Below are positions 11,901 to 23,359 of a stretch of DNA of 64,000 nt, piece after piece. This DNA comes from Intoshia linei (taxonomy: Eukaryota > Animalia > Orthonectida). The first letter of the stretch is position 1. Every line of letters starts with the position of its first letter. The DNA is taken from assembly GCA_001642005.1 (NCBI GenBank), contig LWCA01000034.1:1-64000 (forward strand), given 5' to 3'. The position numbers and the translations under genes were made by a program. Under the pieces are notes generated by a model. That model was given only the letters and a program-made list of their open reading frames with translations. It searched no databases and was not told the origin of the DNA.

Positions 11901-14279
11901 AATGGATTTAAACTCTCTCAATGTAAAATTAAATTTTGTGCGACCGTAGTATCAATGAGTAAAGTAGCTTTGCGGGTGAATTAATGGAAAGGTTGTGCAC
12001 CCTAACCTAGATCAACCATTTTCAACGGTATCCATGTGGACCCCAGCTGTACACAGCGGTTTTTTGAGTCCACGAAAAATTTTACAGTTATATTATTGAA
12101 AGAAATAAAAAAGTGAAAATTGATATTTCAACAGTCATTTAAGTTTTTGTGTGTTTCGAAAAAATCATTTAAAAATCACATAATGAAAAAGGTGGATAAA
12201 TTTCAATTGTTAATATTACAAAGTTAACAAAGTTTAAAAGGAATGTTAGTCTTGAACGCTTTAAAATTTAAATGTGTAACTTTTAATTTTTTTTAGTAAT
12301 TGTGAATAGTTGTACTGATATAAATTCAAATACTGTTTGCAAATTAAATGATTGCAACTGGAAAGAAGACTTTTGCGATATAGGTTACTTTTAAATAATT
12401 TACCCCAATCATAAATTTAATTATCAAAACATTGCAAGAATAATTAATTAGGGTGTTATTAACTGTTTCAGATTAAAAAAAAATTATTTAAAATTTTAGT
12501 TGAAGCCACCTGTCCAACAGATTTTGAATTAAATAAATGTAAAAGTCAAACTAAACAATCGGATTGCGAAGATAAAAAATGCAGCTGGCATACAACCCAA
12601 TGCAGAGGTTTTGATAATTTTCAAATTAAAAATTGAATCCATTTAAACAATTCAGATAATAGCCTTGAAATCAAATGTAGTTTATGTGATTATGATAAAT
12701 GTTTGAATTTAAAAGGTTGCATGTGGAACGATGATGTTTGTGGTAATAAATATAATATTTATATATTGTATTTTTGTATTTCACAGTAAATTTGACAAAA
12801 TGTAAAGAAGCCAAGAATAAACATTCCTGTCAAGTAAATGGTTGTTGGTGGAATAAACCTGTTTGCGTTATTAGTGGTTATTAAACGTAAATACACGTGT
12901 ATATAATTATATTAGAAGATGAAGTAGATGCCAAAATATGTTCCCTTATAGTGAATACACATGACTGTGAACAACAAAAATGTAAATGGAATGAAGATTT
13001 CTGTCGAGGTTAAAATGTTAATAATATAAAAAATTTGAGTGACTGTACATTGTACTAAGTACAAACAGCATTTAGCTCTGCCGAGGACACATTTTTATTC
13101 TACCAAAAAAATAAATTCACGTTGAAAATCTAACTTAAAAATTCTACTATTCACTATTATCCATAAACAAGTGGTTCCCAAACTTGTTTCAGGTGGAACC
13201 ATCATATGACATTACTTTTTACTTTAAAGTGAATTATTCCATTTTAATTTTTTGTTTGTTAACATTTGCGTTAAGAATTTTAAAAACAATTGTTATCTTA
13301 TTTTTTTAATTTATTAGACAGAATGTGTGTATAATATTAAAAATAAAGTAAAAACAGTCCAATCCTAAAAATTGTCATAAATAGCATAAATTCCAAAAAA
13401 ATAAAATTAGTCCAATACTAAAAATTGTCATAAAGGTGTGAGTTTTGGAAATTGAAATTTATATTATTATATGTAAAATTTGTCATAAATAGTATAAAAT
13501 CCAGGAAAAATAAAATTATAAAAACATATTTTGTAATTTTCAATGTGATGATATATATTCAGTACCAATTTAATAAATACTTAAAAATACCCAATATATA
13601 TCATAATTAACCGAATCTTCATTTTATAAATTATTTTACTGTGTAAACTTAACAGCATGGTTAAAATTTTTCTACCACGGGCTAGTAATTTCACGTATCA
13701 CTTACTAAGTCAGTGACATATCGGTCAGTGATTTTTATATCAGCCTCAAGGACAATCCAGACGATTTATAAAATATTTTAAATTGTATTAAAAATTTTTA
13801 TATTTTTTAAAACAAAAAGGAGTTCTCATTCTAGCGTGGTCAACACATGATCCTTATAGATTCGGCTAAAAATGAACAATTAAATTCATAATTAGTAATG
13901 GTACAATTAATAGGGTCAAAAATCTATTTATATGAATAAAGAAAAATAATAATAATCCATCGTGTTCAACCCTTTATTAAAAGTGTACCTATTAAATTTG
14001 CTAGGATTTTATTTATAAATATTTGATAAAATGTAATTTAAATATTTAAATAGATACAACTAAATGTGATGGCATTGACTGTAAAAACTGCGATAGTACC
14101 CAAGGTTGTTGTTGGCAAAAACATGAATGTGTCGGTAAGTTAATTATATACAATCATTATACACATTTTCTAAAATTAATTTTATGATAGAAAAAGATAC
14201 CTGCGATACTGACAGTTTTGCAAATAAATATACATATTGTGGAGTTTTCATATTATATTCAATACTCATAGTATACTAA
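2909..14279 (+). CDS. Cys-rich CxW-repeat surface protein, ~345 aa, 12 exons: signal peptide + 10 exon-encoded modules + GPI-signal-like tail
   Basis: Exons: 2909-2954, 3003-3089, 4425-4493, 9311-9418, 11260-11352, 12297-12383, 12500-12607, 12656-12742, 12787-12876, 12916-13008, 14054-14134, 14191-14279. All introns are GT-AG and phase 1; the total is 1038 nt with no internal stop. It begins MLVEVRILLFIYIILLNSAST and ends YCGVFILYSILIVY*. Example modules are CQDIKDEKKCIDSCEWKDKKC and CKSQTKQSDCEDKKCSWHTTQC. Confidence 0.85.
4771..5460 (-). mobile_element. Decayed Chapaev-type (CMC superfamily) transposon remnant
   Basis: The minus strand at ~5420-5320 translates to HSDEHGERFHQTLKSFEKKFAGKKVISLIEDYV*, matching the SDEHGERFHQ...EKRY.G......DY.W transposase motif. 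A CACTG-type terminus sits at 4771. The family name is from recall. Confidence 0.5.
6686..6882. mobile_element. TTAA-flanked piggyBac-type MITE (copy 1)
   Basis: ttaa|ACCTTTCACTGTCTG ... CAGATAGTAAAAGGG|ttaa. Highly similar to 50298-50513; a partial copy starts at ~58198. Confidence 0.75.
7241..9190 (-). mobile_element. Decayed hAT-type element with a transposase remnant, interrupted by a Helitron-like insertion
   Basis: Termini are CAGTGTTCGCCAAA (7241) and TTTGGCGAACACTA (9177-9190). The minus strand near 7740-7690 reads DYCELRRLSRGKSL, similar to the hAT EVRWLSRGK motif. No clean TSD is visible. Confidence 0.5.
7760..8697 (+). mobile_element. Non-autonomous Helitron/Helentron-like element, 5'-truncated copy
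   Basis: Reverse-complement similarity to 17844-19100 over about 900 bp. The end is GTGCCCTCGGCAGAGCTAG..TTGTAC-GTA-GTACAA (terminal hairpin). There is an internal ~60-bp duplication at 8058-8170. Confidence 0.65.
11781..12005. mobile_element. hAT-type MITE
   Basis: CAGGGGTGCACAACCT ... AGGTTGTGCACCCTAA, flanked by atttagat and acctagat (imperfect 8-bp TSD). A related left end is at ~40219. Confidence 0.65.
13050..13640 (-). mobile_element. Non-autonomous Helitron/Helentron-like element, 3' part
   Basis: It shares the hairpin end (TGTACTAAGTACA..TAGCTCTGCCGAGGACAC) and the AATCCTAAAAATTGTCATAAATAGCATAAATTCC subrepeat with 17844-18420 and, inverted, with 8330-8697. Confidence 0.65.
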
Positions 14280-14370
14280 TGCTTTCTCGTTAAATTATTA
14301 TTTATTAAATAAATATTCATCACATTATATATTTATATTTATAAAATTTTAATTTATGAATAATATATAT

Positions 14371-17300
14371 TTAAAAATAATTATCATCGTCTTCAGGATT
14401 ATATCGCGGTTTAGAAGATTTGGCTCGGTTTATTCTACCAGATTTTGCGTTTCTAGGAATTTCAGTTTCATATTCAGAGTCTGAATTTTTATCGTAGTCT
14501 ACAGAGATATTTGAATTCTATAATTTTATTTAATTTTATTTTTAATTTTAATTACGTCACTATCCAAGTTGAATTCGATATCATTATTTTCATTTGAATA
14601 CTCTAAAAATAAATTAATATATATTTATTAGTGTTGCGATTCGTAATTTTTTTTGGAGTGCTCTGAAATTTTTTATAACAAAATCTGATATTATTACCTC
14701 CAATGGAGGTATAAAATTTCGATGAAAGAATAATGGAATCAAAAAATTGATATTAAAGTAAAACGGTTGGAACCATAACCCTTTTGCAAGCCGAAATTTA
14801 CATATACATTGTACGTTATTGTATGTAAGGATTTTAATTTATAATTATCAATTAAAATCTATCAAACTATAAAAATTATAAATATCTACTACATGTTAAT
14901 TTTTAGCCTCTCTAATACCCTAAATTGAGAATGGTGCAGCATATCGTGATGTACCGTATTATCTAAATACATTACTTGATTCACTCGATGAAGCATCAGA
15001 AGAAATTGAGGCAAGATTTTCATTACTTGATAATCTAGATATGCGGTTTTGTATTTCCTAAAGTTTAATATATAATTTTTTAATGTATATAATTTAATTT
15101 AAAATTTAATTGCATCAATTTAAAAAAAATTATTTTTTTAATAATTTTCAAAGTAGATTTTTTGGAAAAAACGTTTAAAAAAAAAAGATTTACTGAAACA
15201 TAGAACTAAATGTAGTAATAATGTATAATATTAATGTACCTTTTGGAATTCAATATTTTTCTTAGTATATTCTTGAATCAATACTTCATATTGGTGTTTA
15301 TTACGAAAAACATCCATATATCTCTCATATAAAACTTTTAATTCTTCTTCATATGTTTCAAATTCGTCCATGTAAGCAGGTCTAAAAATGATACAAATTT
15401 AAAATTAATATGCATTAAATTAAAAATCTTAAAATTTAAATTGTAATTTTAATTGTTTTAACTTAAATTCAATTTTCTTAAAACACTATAAATAAATCCA
15501 TTTAAGTATGGATTGAACGATTCAATTTGACACCAGCAAAAGATGATGAAATTATCAGATGGTATATTATAATATTGATATCCTTTACTTAAATTTTACA
15601 TAAAATGGAATGTTCATTTTGTCTGTTTGTTATTGAATATTAAAAAAATTAAGAGTCGTAAATTTAAAAAACCCATTTAAAATTTCCCATAAATTTTTCC
15701 CATACGCATAGGGCGTGTGTATGTCTATTTTTCTGTTAAAGAATTTGAGTACTTCATGGTATAAAACCCAATTTGCCCTTTTAAATTTGCCAATTAAAAA
15801 TAAAATGAAATTAAAATAGTCTAATTAATTAGAATAGAATAATTACTACACAAAGTAAAAGAATCTAATATTTCTAAAATATTAAAGTCAAATTGAGATT
15901 ATCAATCATAGTTTGATTTGAAGAAATTTGTATCGCTTGTTTAAACTTTATTATATGAGCACACTTTTTACATTTTTAATATGAAAAATTTATATAAAAT
16001 TTAAGTGTGCGATTTAAAATGAACACCCTGTAGATGCTGTTTGCACATAATACATAACAGTCAACCCAGTATTTTATATAAAGCATATAAAATTTTAAAT
16101 TACCTCACATTTTGCAAGGTTTCAAGTCTTTTAGAATTCCTAGTTAATTCAGCCGTTTTTTTATTTATTTTTGATTCAATATTTTTACTGTCACCTTTGA
16201 CTTTTTGTGTATCTTTTTCAATATTCTCAATAGATTTCTAAATGTTTAAATCAAAATTGTTTAAATTCTCGAGCCGTATTAATTAATTTTAAACAGATTG
16301 TAATGTTATTAAAACTAGTTAAAATGATGATATTGTCTAATTTTTTATCATTTTCACTCTATTAATCACTATTTACTTCATACATAATAGTAGTATATAT
16401 TTTTTTGGATTATAATCGAATTATTATTATATATTGAAGTTTAAATTATAAAATACGTAATTTAAAAATTTCTAATGTAATTATTGAAATTCCTGAGTCA
16501 AGACTGTTAACTAATACCTTTAAATGTATATAAAAAAGGTATGATTCCGAGAAAACATTTCTGAGGTAAACACCATAAAATTTTTCTATTTTGTAATATT
16601 GGTTGGTTGTGCAGCATTTCATTCTTAACTGGGGTTTGAAAAACCAATTCTATCTTTTAAATGTATGCATATATTTCGTTTTAACTGCTTTATAATAATC
16701 TATTCATTTCCATGTTTAATTAATTATATGTGACTATAATAGACTGGTTATAGTCAGTATTTATTTTTAAAATTCTAATGCAATAATTTTTCTACAAAAC
16801 CGTAGACCGAATTCATATTTGTATACTAATTTTGAATTAGTTAATATGTATACATACCTACATACATACATACATACCTGATACAGGTTGTCAAAGAGCA
16901 TAGAAAAAAACACCCAAAAGCTAAAAAATCAGATTATGTAAAAAAATAAATATTACCCTTACCGGGGCAGGGGAAATTTTTATAATTTTGAAAAAAATTT
17001 TTTGTGGTATGCTCCTACTTATACAAAATGGGGATGGTATGCAAAAATAGTTTTTGAAATTCAAAAAAAAAACTCAAAAATGAATCACCCTAATATGTAT
17101 ATTCCAACAGTACAAATTGTTTCAGATCTCAAAATACAGTATTTAAGCCAGTGTTCGTCAAATTCTTTTATTAGTCCACTTCTACAGGACTAAAAAAATG
17201 TCAAAAAATTCAAAAATAATTAATTAATTTCAGTTGTAAAAACAAATTTTAAATATTTTGTAGTACAATTCACATTTGATTTTAATTTAATTGTAATTTA

Positions 17301-20300
17301 TGCCTTTAATTTAAAGGTTTTATCTGCTTTTTCTAATTTTAAATTCTCTATCTCGCCAACCTTATCTAAATTTAATCTAATCTAAGAATGACAAGTTATA
17401 GAAAAAATACTGTAGATACAGTATAAATATATTAATGAGACAGTTACTTTTTTATCACAACTATTTTCTAACAAAAAATTTTAAAAATAATATTCAAAAT
17501 ATCTCCCGCCACCAACTTTAACGAACTTCGATTTAAGCCTTATTTTAAATTAACTTTTATATTTTAAATTTAAATTAAATTTTAATCGAAATAAATACAA
17601 ATTAATTTATTTATACAGTTTGTATCTCAAAAATAAATTAAAATTTTAATTTAAATATACAAAATTTGTGTATTTATGATATTTATAATTTATTTTTTAT
17701 TATTAGATAATAAATTTACATTTTAATTTAAATTAATTACAATTTCTAGCTAATTAAAATTTTTAAAAATATTCTTAACATAGATACAATTAAAGCAGGT
17801 CAATATTAAATTAAAAAAATATAATAATACTAGGTTGACTCTTATGTACTACGTACAAACAGGACCTAGCTCTACCGAGGGCACATTTTTATTACACTTA
17901 AAAAATAAATTCACGTTGCAAATCTAATTTAAAAATTCTATTGTTCACTACTATCAATTCTTTAAAGGAATGGTCTCAAATTTGTGTCAGATGGAATCAT
18001 CATATCACATTACTTTTTACTTTAAAGTGAATTATTCCATCTTAATTTTTTGTTTGTTAACTTGTTTTTGTTATTGATTTGTTAACATTTGCGTAAAGAA
18101 TTTGGAAAAAAACAGATTGTTATCCCATTTTTTTAATTTATTAGACAGAATGTGTGTATAATATTAAAAATAAAGTAAAAACAGTCCAATCCTAAAAATT
18201 GTCATAAATAGCATAAATTCCAAAAAAATAAAATTATTCCAATCCTAAAAATTGTCATAAATAACATAAATTCCAGAAAAAATAAAATTATAAATCCTAA
18301 AAATTGTCATAAATAGCATAAATTCCAGAAAAAATAAAATTATAAACTATTTTGTTATTTTGAGTGTGGTGATATATATTCAGTACCAATTTAATAAATA
18401 CTTGAAAATACCAATTGTGTATCAATAATTCTTCACTTAATAAACATATTTTCGTCGAATTTTACCAAATTTGCACAGGATTGTAATAAATATAAAAACG
18501 ATATTAACATAATTTTTTTAGTTTCGTTGTTTAGTTTCTATTTAAATTTATATTCAAAATACTTTGAAAATGAGAATTTGAAATTTAAAAATTGCCTAGC
18601 AATGAAAAAAATTACGAAGGAATGAATTGTATAGATTTTCACCCATATTTCTTTATTGGAAATGTGTAGACGTTCACTGCACATTTTTTTTGAAATTGTA
18701 GCATCAATATTTAAATTTTCCATTTTTATTTTAATTGAAATATTTAAAAAATATTGGTTGATAATATATTAAAAATTATTTTTCACCGGGAATGCGTAGA
18801 TTTCTCGGGTTGAACTTTTGTATTTATATCAACTGGAATAAGCTCTACAGAAAAATCTATTTTTTTAAATTTTCGAACCGTTAATTATTTCACATTTTTT
18901 GTTTTAATAAAATATTTCGGAAAAAAAATAGACCTTTAATTATTTCACATTTTTTGTTTTAATAAAATATTTCGGAAAAAAAATATATGAAAATTAAATG
19001 CTTTGTTTGACTATGAAGTCGTCACTTAATTAGATTGAAATTTTCGGTGTGTGTTAACAGGATACAACTGTATATATTTTTTTAAATTCTTCAACTCGTT
19101 TGATTTTCAAAAAGAGGGACAATTGGGGTTTTGAACCCGTAAGATGTGAATTTGGGAGGTTAAAATGTATCTTATTATACGTCCCGGAAAAAACTGTGAT
19201 TGAAATGTGGACTTTATAAAATACTAAGACTGGTAGTTATTTCAATAAAGTGGAACACACACACAAACAAAAATCGCGTAGCATATTATATAAGTTAAGA
19301 TTGCATCCAAATCAATTTTAGAAATTAGTGTAAAAGTGAGTGGAAATGTTAACAATTTTATTACAATCTGTGTAAAAGTAAGTAATATTGACTAAACATT
19401 ATTAACACTGTAAATTATAAAAATATAGCGTATAAATTTATTATTACTCGTTTAAAATTTAAAACTTTTTAATTTTATGATTAAAAATTACTTGAACCAA
19501 AACAATTGCATTTTTCAAAGATTTTTCAATATCTGTAATATTTATTTGCTTATTTAATGTAAATTCCCGAATCGACTAAAAGAGTACGTTTAATATATTA
19601 TATTGTAAATTATTTAATAATGTAAGCACATTTATGTTCACTGAACATTGTTCAGTCCTTACTTATATAACATAAAACGTTTAATATTACTCTTTGTTCA
19701 ATTTCTTTATTCAACATTTCGTAAATCAATGTACCTGTCTCAGTTATTACATCAGATAGTCTCCGCAATTCACGTAAATCTTCAATCTAATAATGAATTT
19801 TAGATTACTGTTGTAATAACAGTATTGTATAGGTCATATGTACCACGCTATGTGTATAAACTATTTACTAGACGTTACGACATATGTCTGTGATAGTGAA
19901 CCGGTTACCCGTAAGAAAAATCGAAAATACAAAATGAACCGCTACGATATTTTTAAGACTTGCAAGATAGTTTTCATTTTTTCAGCGGAATACATTTCTA
20001 TAATGTATATAATGTACTTTAATGCACTTGCCAAAAAATCAATTTCTAAAAATGCAGACATTACCGTGAGTGAATATTAACTTGTTTTTATCAGGTAACC
20101 ATTTTGGTACATTATGGGTCCCAATGCTTAAAAAATTTTATCATCACTGATAGTACTTCGTAAAATATAATGAATTGGATATGTGATTATAATATAACTT
20201 TAATACCTTTCTAGATATATCAAATGGTACAAATGCTTCGTTTTTATTTAAAATATCATCCACACTTTCTTTAGTAATACATTTTGTTGTTGCTTGATAC

Positions 20301-20957
20301 AAAACCTTTGCTAATTTCAATAATTCTCTTACAGCGTAGCCATCAGCCATATATAGGCGTTTTATGTTCACTTTTAGCTGAGCTCTCGATATCTAAGGAC
20401 ATAAAAATTGTACAATGTACATATTCCTTTTAAATCTATTGGTTAAATTACCATAAATGATTCAACTGATTTTATAAACAATATTCTGCCTTGTTCCGTA
20501 CTTATATTTTGGTGGAGTTCATAGGTTGGATCATATCTAATCCTGATTTATAATTCATCACAGTATAATACCATCAATGTTGAGTAAATTTACCTTTCGA
20601 TGAGCCATTTTAATGTCCTAACGACAAGTGGAAAGTTGGGTTGAGTAAAACTTTGATATGATATAATTTCAGGCATCCCCAATGTTCGCATGCATTCAAT
20701 AAAATCTAATTTTTTAAAAAAATATCAAGGGCAATAATAGCTATTATGATATTAATCTATTAATTTTATAACATGATTTCTATTAATAATCAAGTAAATG
20801 TGAAGATGAACAATTTTTCATAATTATGAATAAAAATGATACGGTAGGACCAGGTCCATTAGAAAACTTGTTCATTAATTGATAAGTTATATATTAAAAT
20901 TTAAGTTAAATGTTTATTATTAAATATCAAATTACTTCGTCGTTCTCGATAAGACAT
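14371..20957 (-). CDS. CLUAP1: Clusterin-associated protein 1 / IFT38 (intraflagellar transport complex B), multi-exon
   Basis: Spliced translation: MSYRERR|NFIECMRTLGMPEIISYQSFTQPNFPLVVRTLKWLIER|YDP...STEQGRILFIKSVESFM|ISRAQLKVNIKRLYMADGYAVRELLKLAKVLY...RNSKRLETLQNVR|PAYMDEFETYEEELKVLYERY..., with an acidic tail ending DDDNYF*. These match hallmark CLUAP1 motifs. Confidence 0.95.
17844..19300 (-). mobile_element. Longest (~1.46 kb) non-autonomous Helitron/Helentron-like element, in a CLUAP1 intron
   Basis: The 5' end is a|TCTTAACTTATATAATATGC followed by a (TG)n tract; the same end type occurs at 2343, 26017 and ~31657. It has internal tandem subrepeats (18188-18345, 18877-18985). The 3' end has CTAG plus a terminal hairpin. 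No TIR or TSD. Confidence 0.65.
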
Positions 20958-21187
20958 TTTAGATTTCAAATTTATCAATTTGTTTATTTTATACTTGGTT
21001 ATGAATCTGACATTTTCTTATTTCATAATTTTTTAAATTTTACGTATCCAATATGATATCAACATAAATTTTATATTTGGATACATTAGTTATGTATTAT
21101 TTTAAAAATCTAATAGCTACATTCACACTCACTTATTCAATTTTTTCTTTTAAAACGGGTGTCTACTTAAATCCAACCATTTTTATT

Positions 21188-21613
21188 AAAATTCCAGTTT
21201 TACCTACCCTAAAAGGAAAATTCTACTTTTACCAACCTTTAAAGGAAAAATCTGGTTTTACCAACTCTAAAAGGAAAAATTCCAGTTTTATTAACCCTAA
21301 AATGAAAATTCTAGTTTTACCAACCTTTAAGGGAAAAATCCAGTTTTACCAATCCTAAAAGGAAAAATTCCCGTTTTACTAACCCTAAAAAGAAAATTCT
21401 AGTTTTACCAACTTTTAATGGGGAAAATCCAGTTTTACCAATCCTAAAAGGAAAAAATCCAGTTTTACGAACCCTAAAAGGAAAGATCTAGTTTTACCAA
21501 CCTTAAAGGGAAAATCCAGTTTTACCAATCCTAAAAGCAAAAATTCCTGTTTTACTAACCCTAAAAGGAAAATTCTAGTTTTACCAACCTATAAGGAAAA
21601 AATGCAGTTTTAC
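21188..21613. repeat. Minisatellite of ~14.5 units of 29-30 bp with a 3-unit (~88 bp) higher-order period
   Basis: Consensus is AAAA(A)TCCAGTTTTACCAACCCTAAAAGG. Variants cycle as TTCC.GTTTTACTAACCC / TTCTAGTTTTACCAACC / ATCCAGTTTTACCAATCC. Confidence 0.9.
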
Positions 21614-22119
21614 AGAATTGCAGTTTATCCCATAAAATTTATATTTATTTATATATAATTTATTTTTATATTAACCATTCCTGAAAAAATGGTGAACTAT
21701 TTGCTACAAAAGCAATTATATATAATAATTTATAAAAAAGAAGAACCCTCAAACATTAATTATATGATTAGGAAGTAATTAAATTTATAATTTCATATTT
21801 TTCCTTATTTGATTCTATTTTTTTAATAGTGAACATAAGAAATTTTTGAAATTTTAGTGTTCCTTATATTTGAGTCTCACTACTTCATAACTATTAAATT
21901 TTACTTTAAATTTTTTCATCAAAAAATATTTAAAATTTTATTTTTCTATTTTATATTCGAAATTAAACGTATTTTTGAATATTTTTTTAAAATTTAATTA
22001 ATATAATATCTAAATAACAATTAAATTAACATACACTTAATTACAATCTATTATAGTATATGCACTTAATTATAAAAAAAACGTAATAATAATATAATAA
22101 TAAATTGTCACTTAGAACT

Positions 22120-22358
22120 TAGTTGAAATTTTTCATCTCATTTTGGATGTAATTATTCTTACATTGATTTTAATTGTAATCACTATGTCGTTAATTATTC
22201 TTCGATTGAAACTAGCTATTTGTACATTGATTCTGACTATTCTTACTTTGAATTTAAATATAATAATTTCAAAATGAATTTATATTTTTATTTTGAAACT
22301 ATATTATGGTTAAATGAACCTGCGAATAACAATGATATTTTTAACAATTTAAACTCAG
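22120..22358. repeat. Dispersed repeat, also at ~40715-40952
   Basis: Near-identical sequence from AAATTTTTC.TCTCATTTTGGATGTAATTATTCTTACATTGA to AACAATTTAAACTCAG in both places. Confidence 0.8.
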
Positions 22359-22368
22359 GACTTCCATC

Positions 22369-23203
22369 TAGTGATTGTGCCGGGAAAAAAACCGGGACAA
22401 AATTTCCGGCATATTTAATAATTTCCGGAAATTAAATTTCTCGGAATTTTTACGATTATCCGGGATTTCCCGAAAAAAATTGAAACATTTGATTTATGTT
22501 TGTTATTACTATGATTATATTATAATATTTAAAATTTACCATTTCAAAAATCCCACCACTAATAAAATTTAATCAAAAATTCATTCAATCATTTCAAGCC
22601 CTCATGGAAAAATTGACTTACACCGATATTCTTTTCAAAAATCCTATTTTACAAAATCTTATGAAAAAAATTCATTTCATCTTACCACAAATAAAAAATC
22701 TAATTTTCCAGCCCTTAATGGAAAAATATCCTTATTCTAATACTTTTTTTAAAAGCCTCTTATTCCAACCACAAATTACTAACGCTTAAGGGAATTATCC
22801 TCCTTATCCAATATCATTTTAAAAAATATTATGAGTTGCTACGAACTGTAACGCTATCATCAAGATTGTTAAAATTAAAGGAAGCCTTTATGACCGTTCA
22901 ACCCACGTCAACACAAAATGAAAGAAATTTCTCTACTGCTTCTAATTTCATTACAAAACGTAGAACGCGTTTAAATGACGAATCTATCAATATTATGTGT
23001 GTTTTGAAACACTTTTTCAACAATCTAAAATAAATACATATTTTCTAATTAAATTTCTTTTTGTTTCGACAATTAATTAAGGTCTAAAATTTTTAATGCT
23101 TCTATATTATATATAAATCAAAATTTTTTATTTTTCCAGTGAAATTTAATTTTTAATTTCCCGGTTCTCGCTTTTGTCATTTCCCAGGAAATCACCATCA
23201 CTA
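22369..23203 (+). mobile_element. Internally deleted hAT transposon retaining the C-terminal dimerisation-domain coding remnant (copy 1)
   Basis: TIRs are TAGTGATTGTG and CACCATCACTA; flanks cttccatc and cttcagcc form a degenerate 8-bp TSD. The ORF at 22836-23033 reads TVQPTSTQNERNFSTASNFITKRRTRLNDESINIMCVLK, the hAT C-terminal motif. Confidence 0.85.
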
Positions 23204-23359
23204 CTTCAGCCTAAAATTAAAAGTAACAATTGAGGCAATATCCATGAAAAGTAAACTAATTTTTCAAACTTAAGACTTAAAACTGAGTGACAAATTAAAC
23301 GAAATTTAAATATTTTTAAAATAAAGTTGGCTTGAATAATTAAGAAAAATAAATAATAA

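Noticed and set aside
16847-16878. (TACA)n tracts here and at ~58634-58667, and (TA)n at 9432-9452
   Set aside because: These are ordinary short microsatellites with no evidence of function.
21077-21358. 93-aa ORF
   Set aside because: It is a translation of the minisatellite, starts at a non-ATG codon and has no splice support.
21188-21613. CRISPR-like array
   Set aside because: The units are contiguous with no unique spacers, the context is eukaryotic and there are no cas genes. It is a minisatellite.
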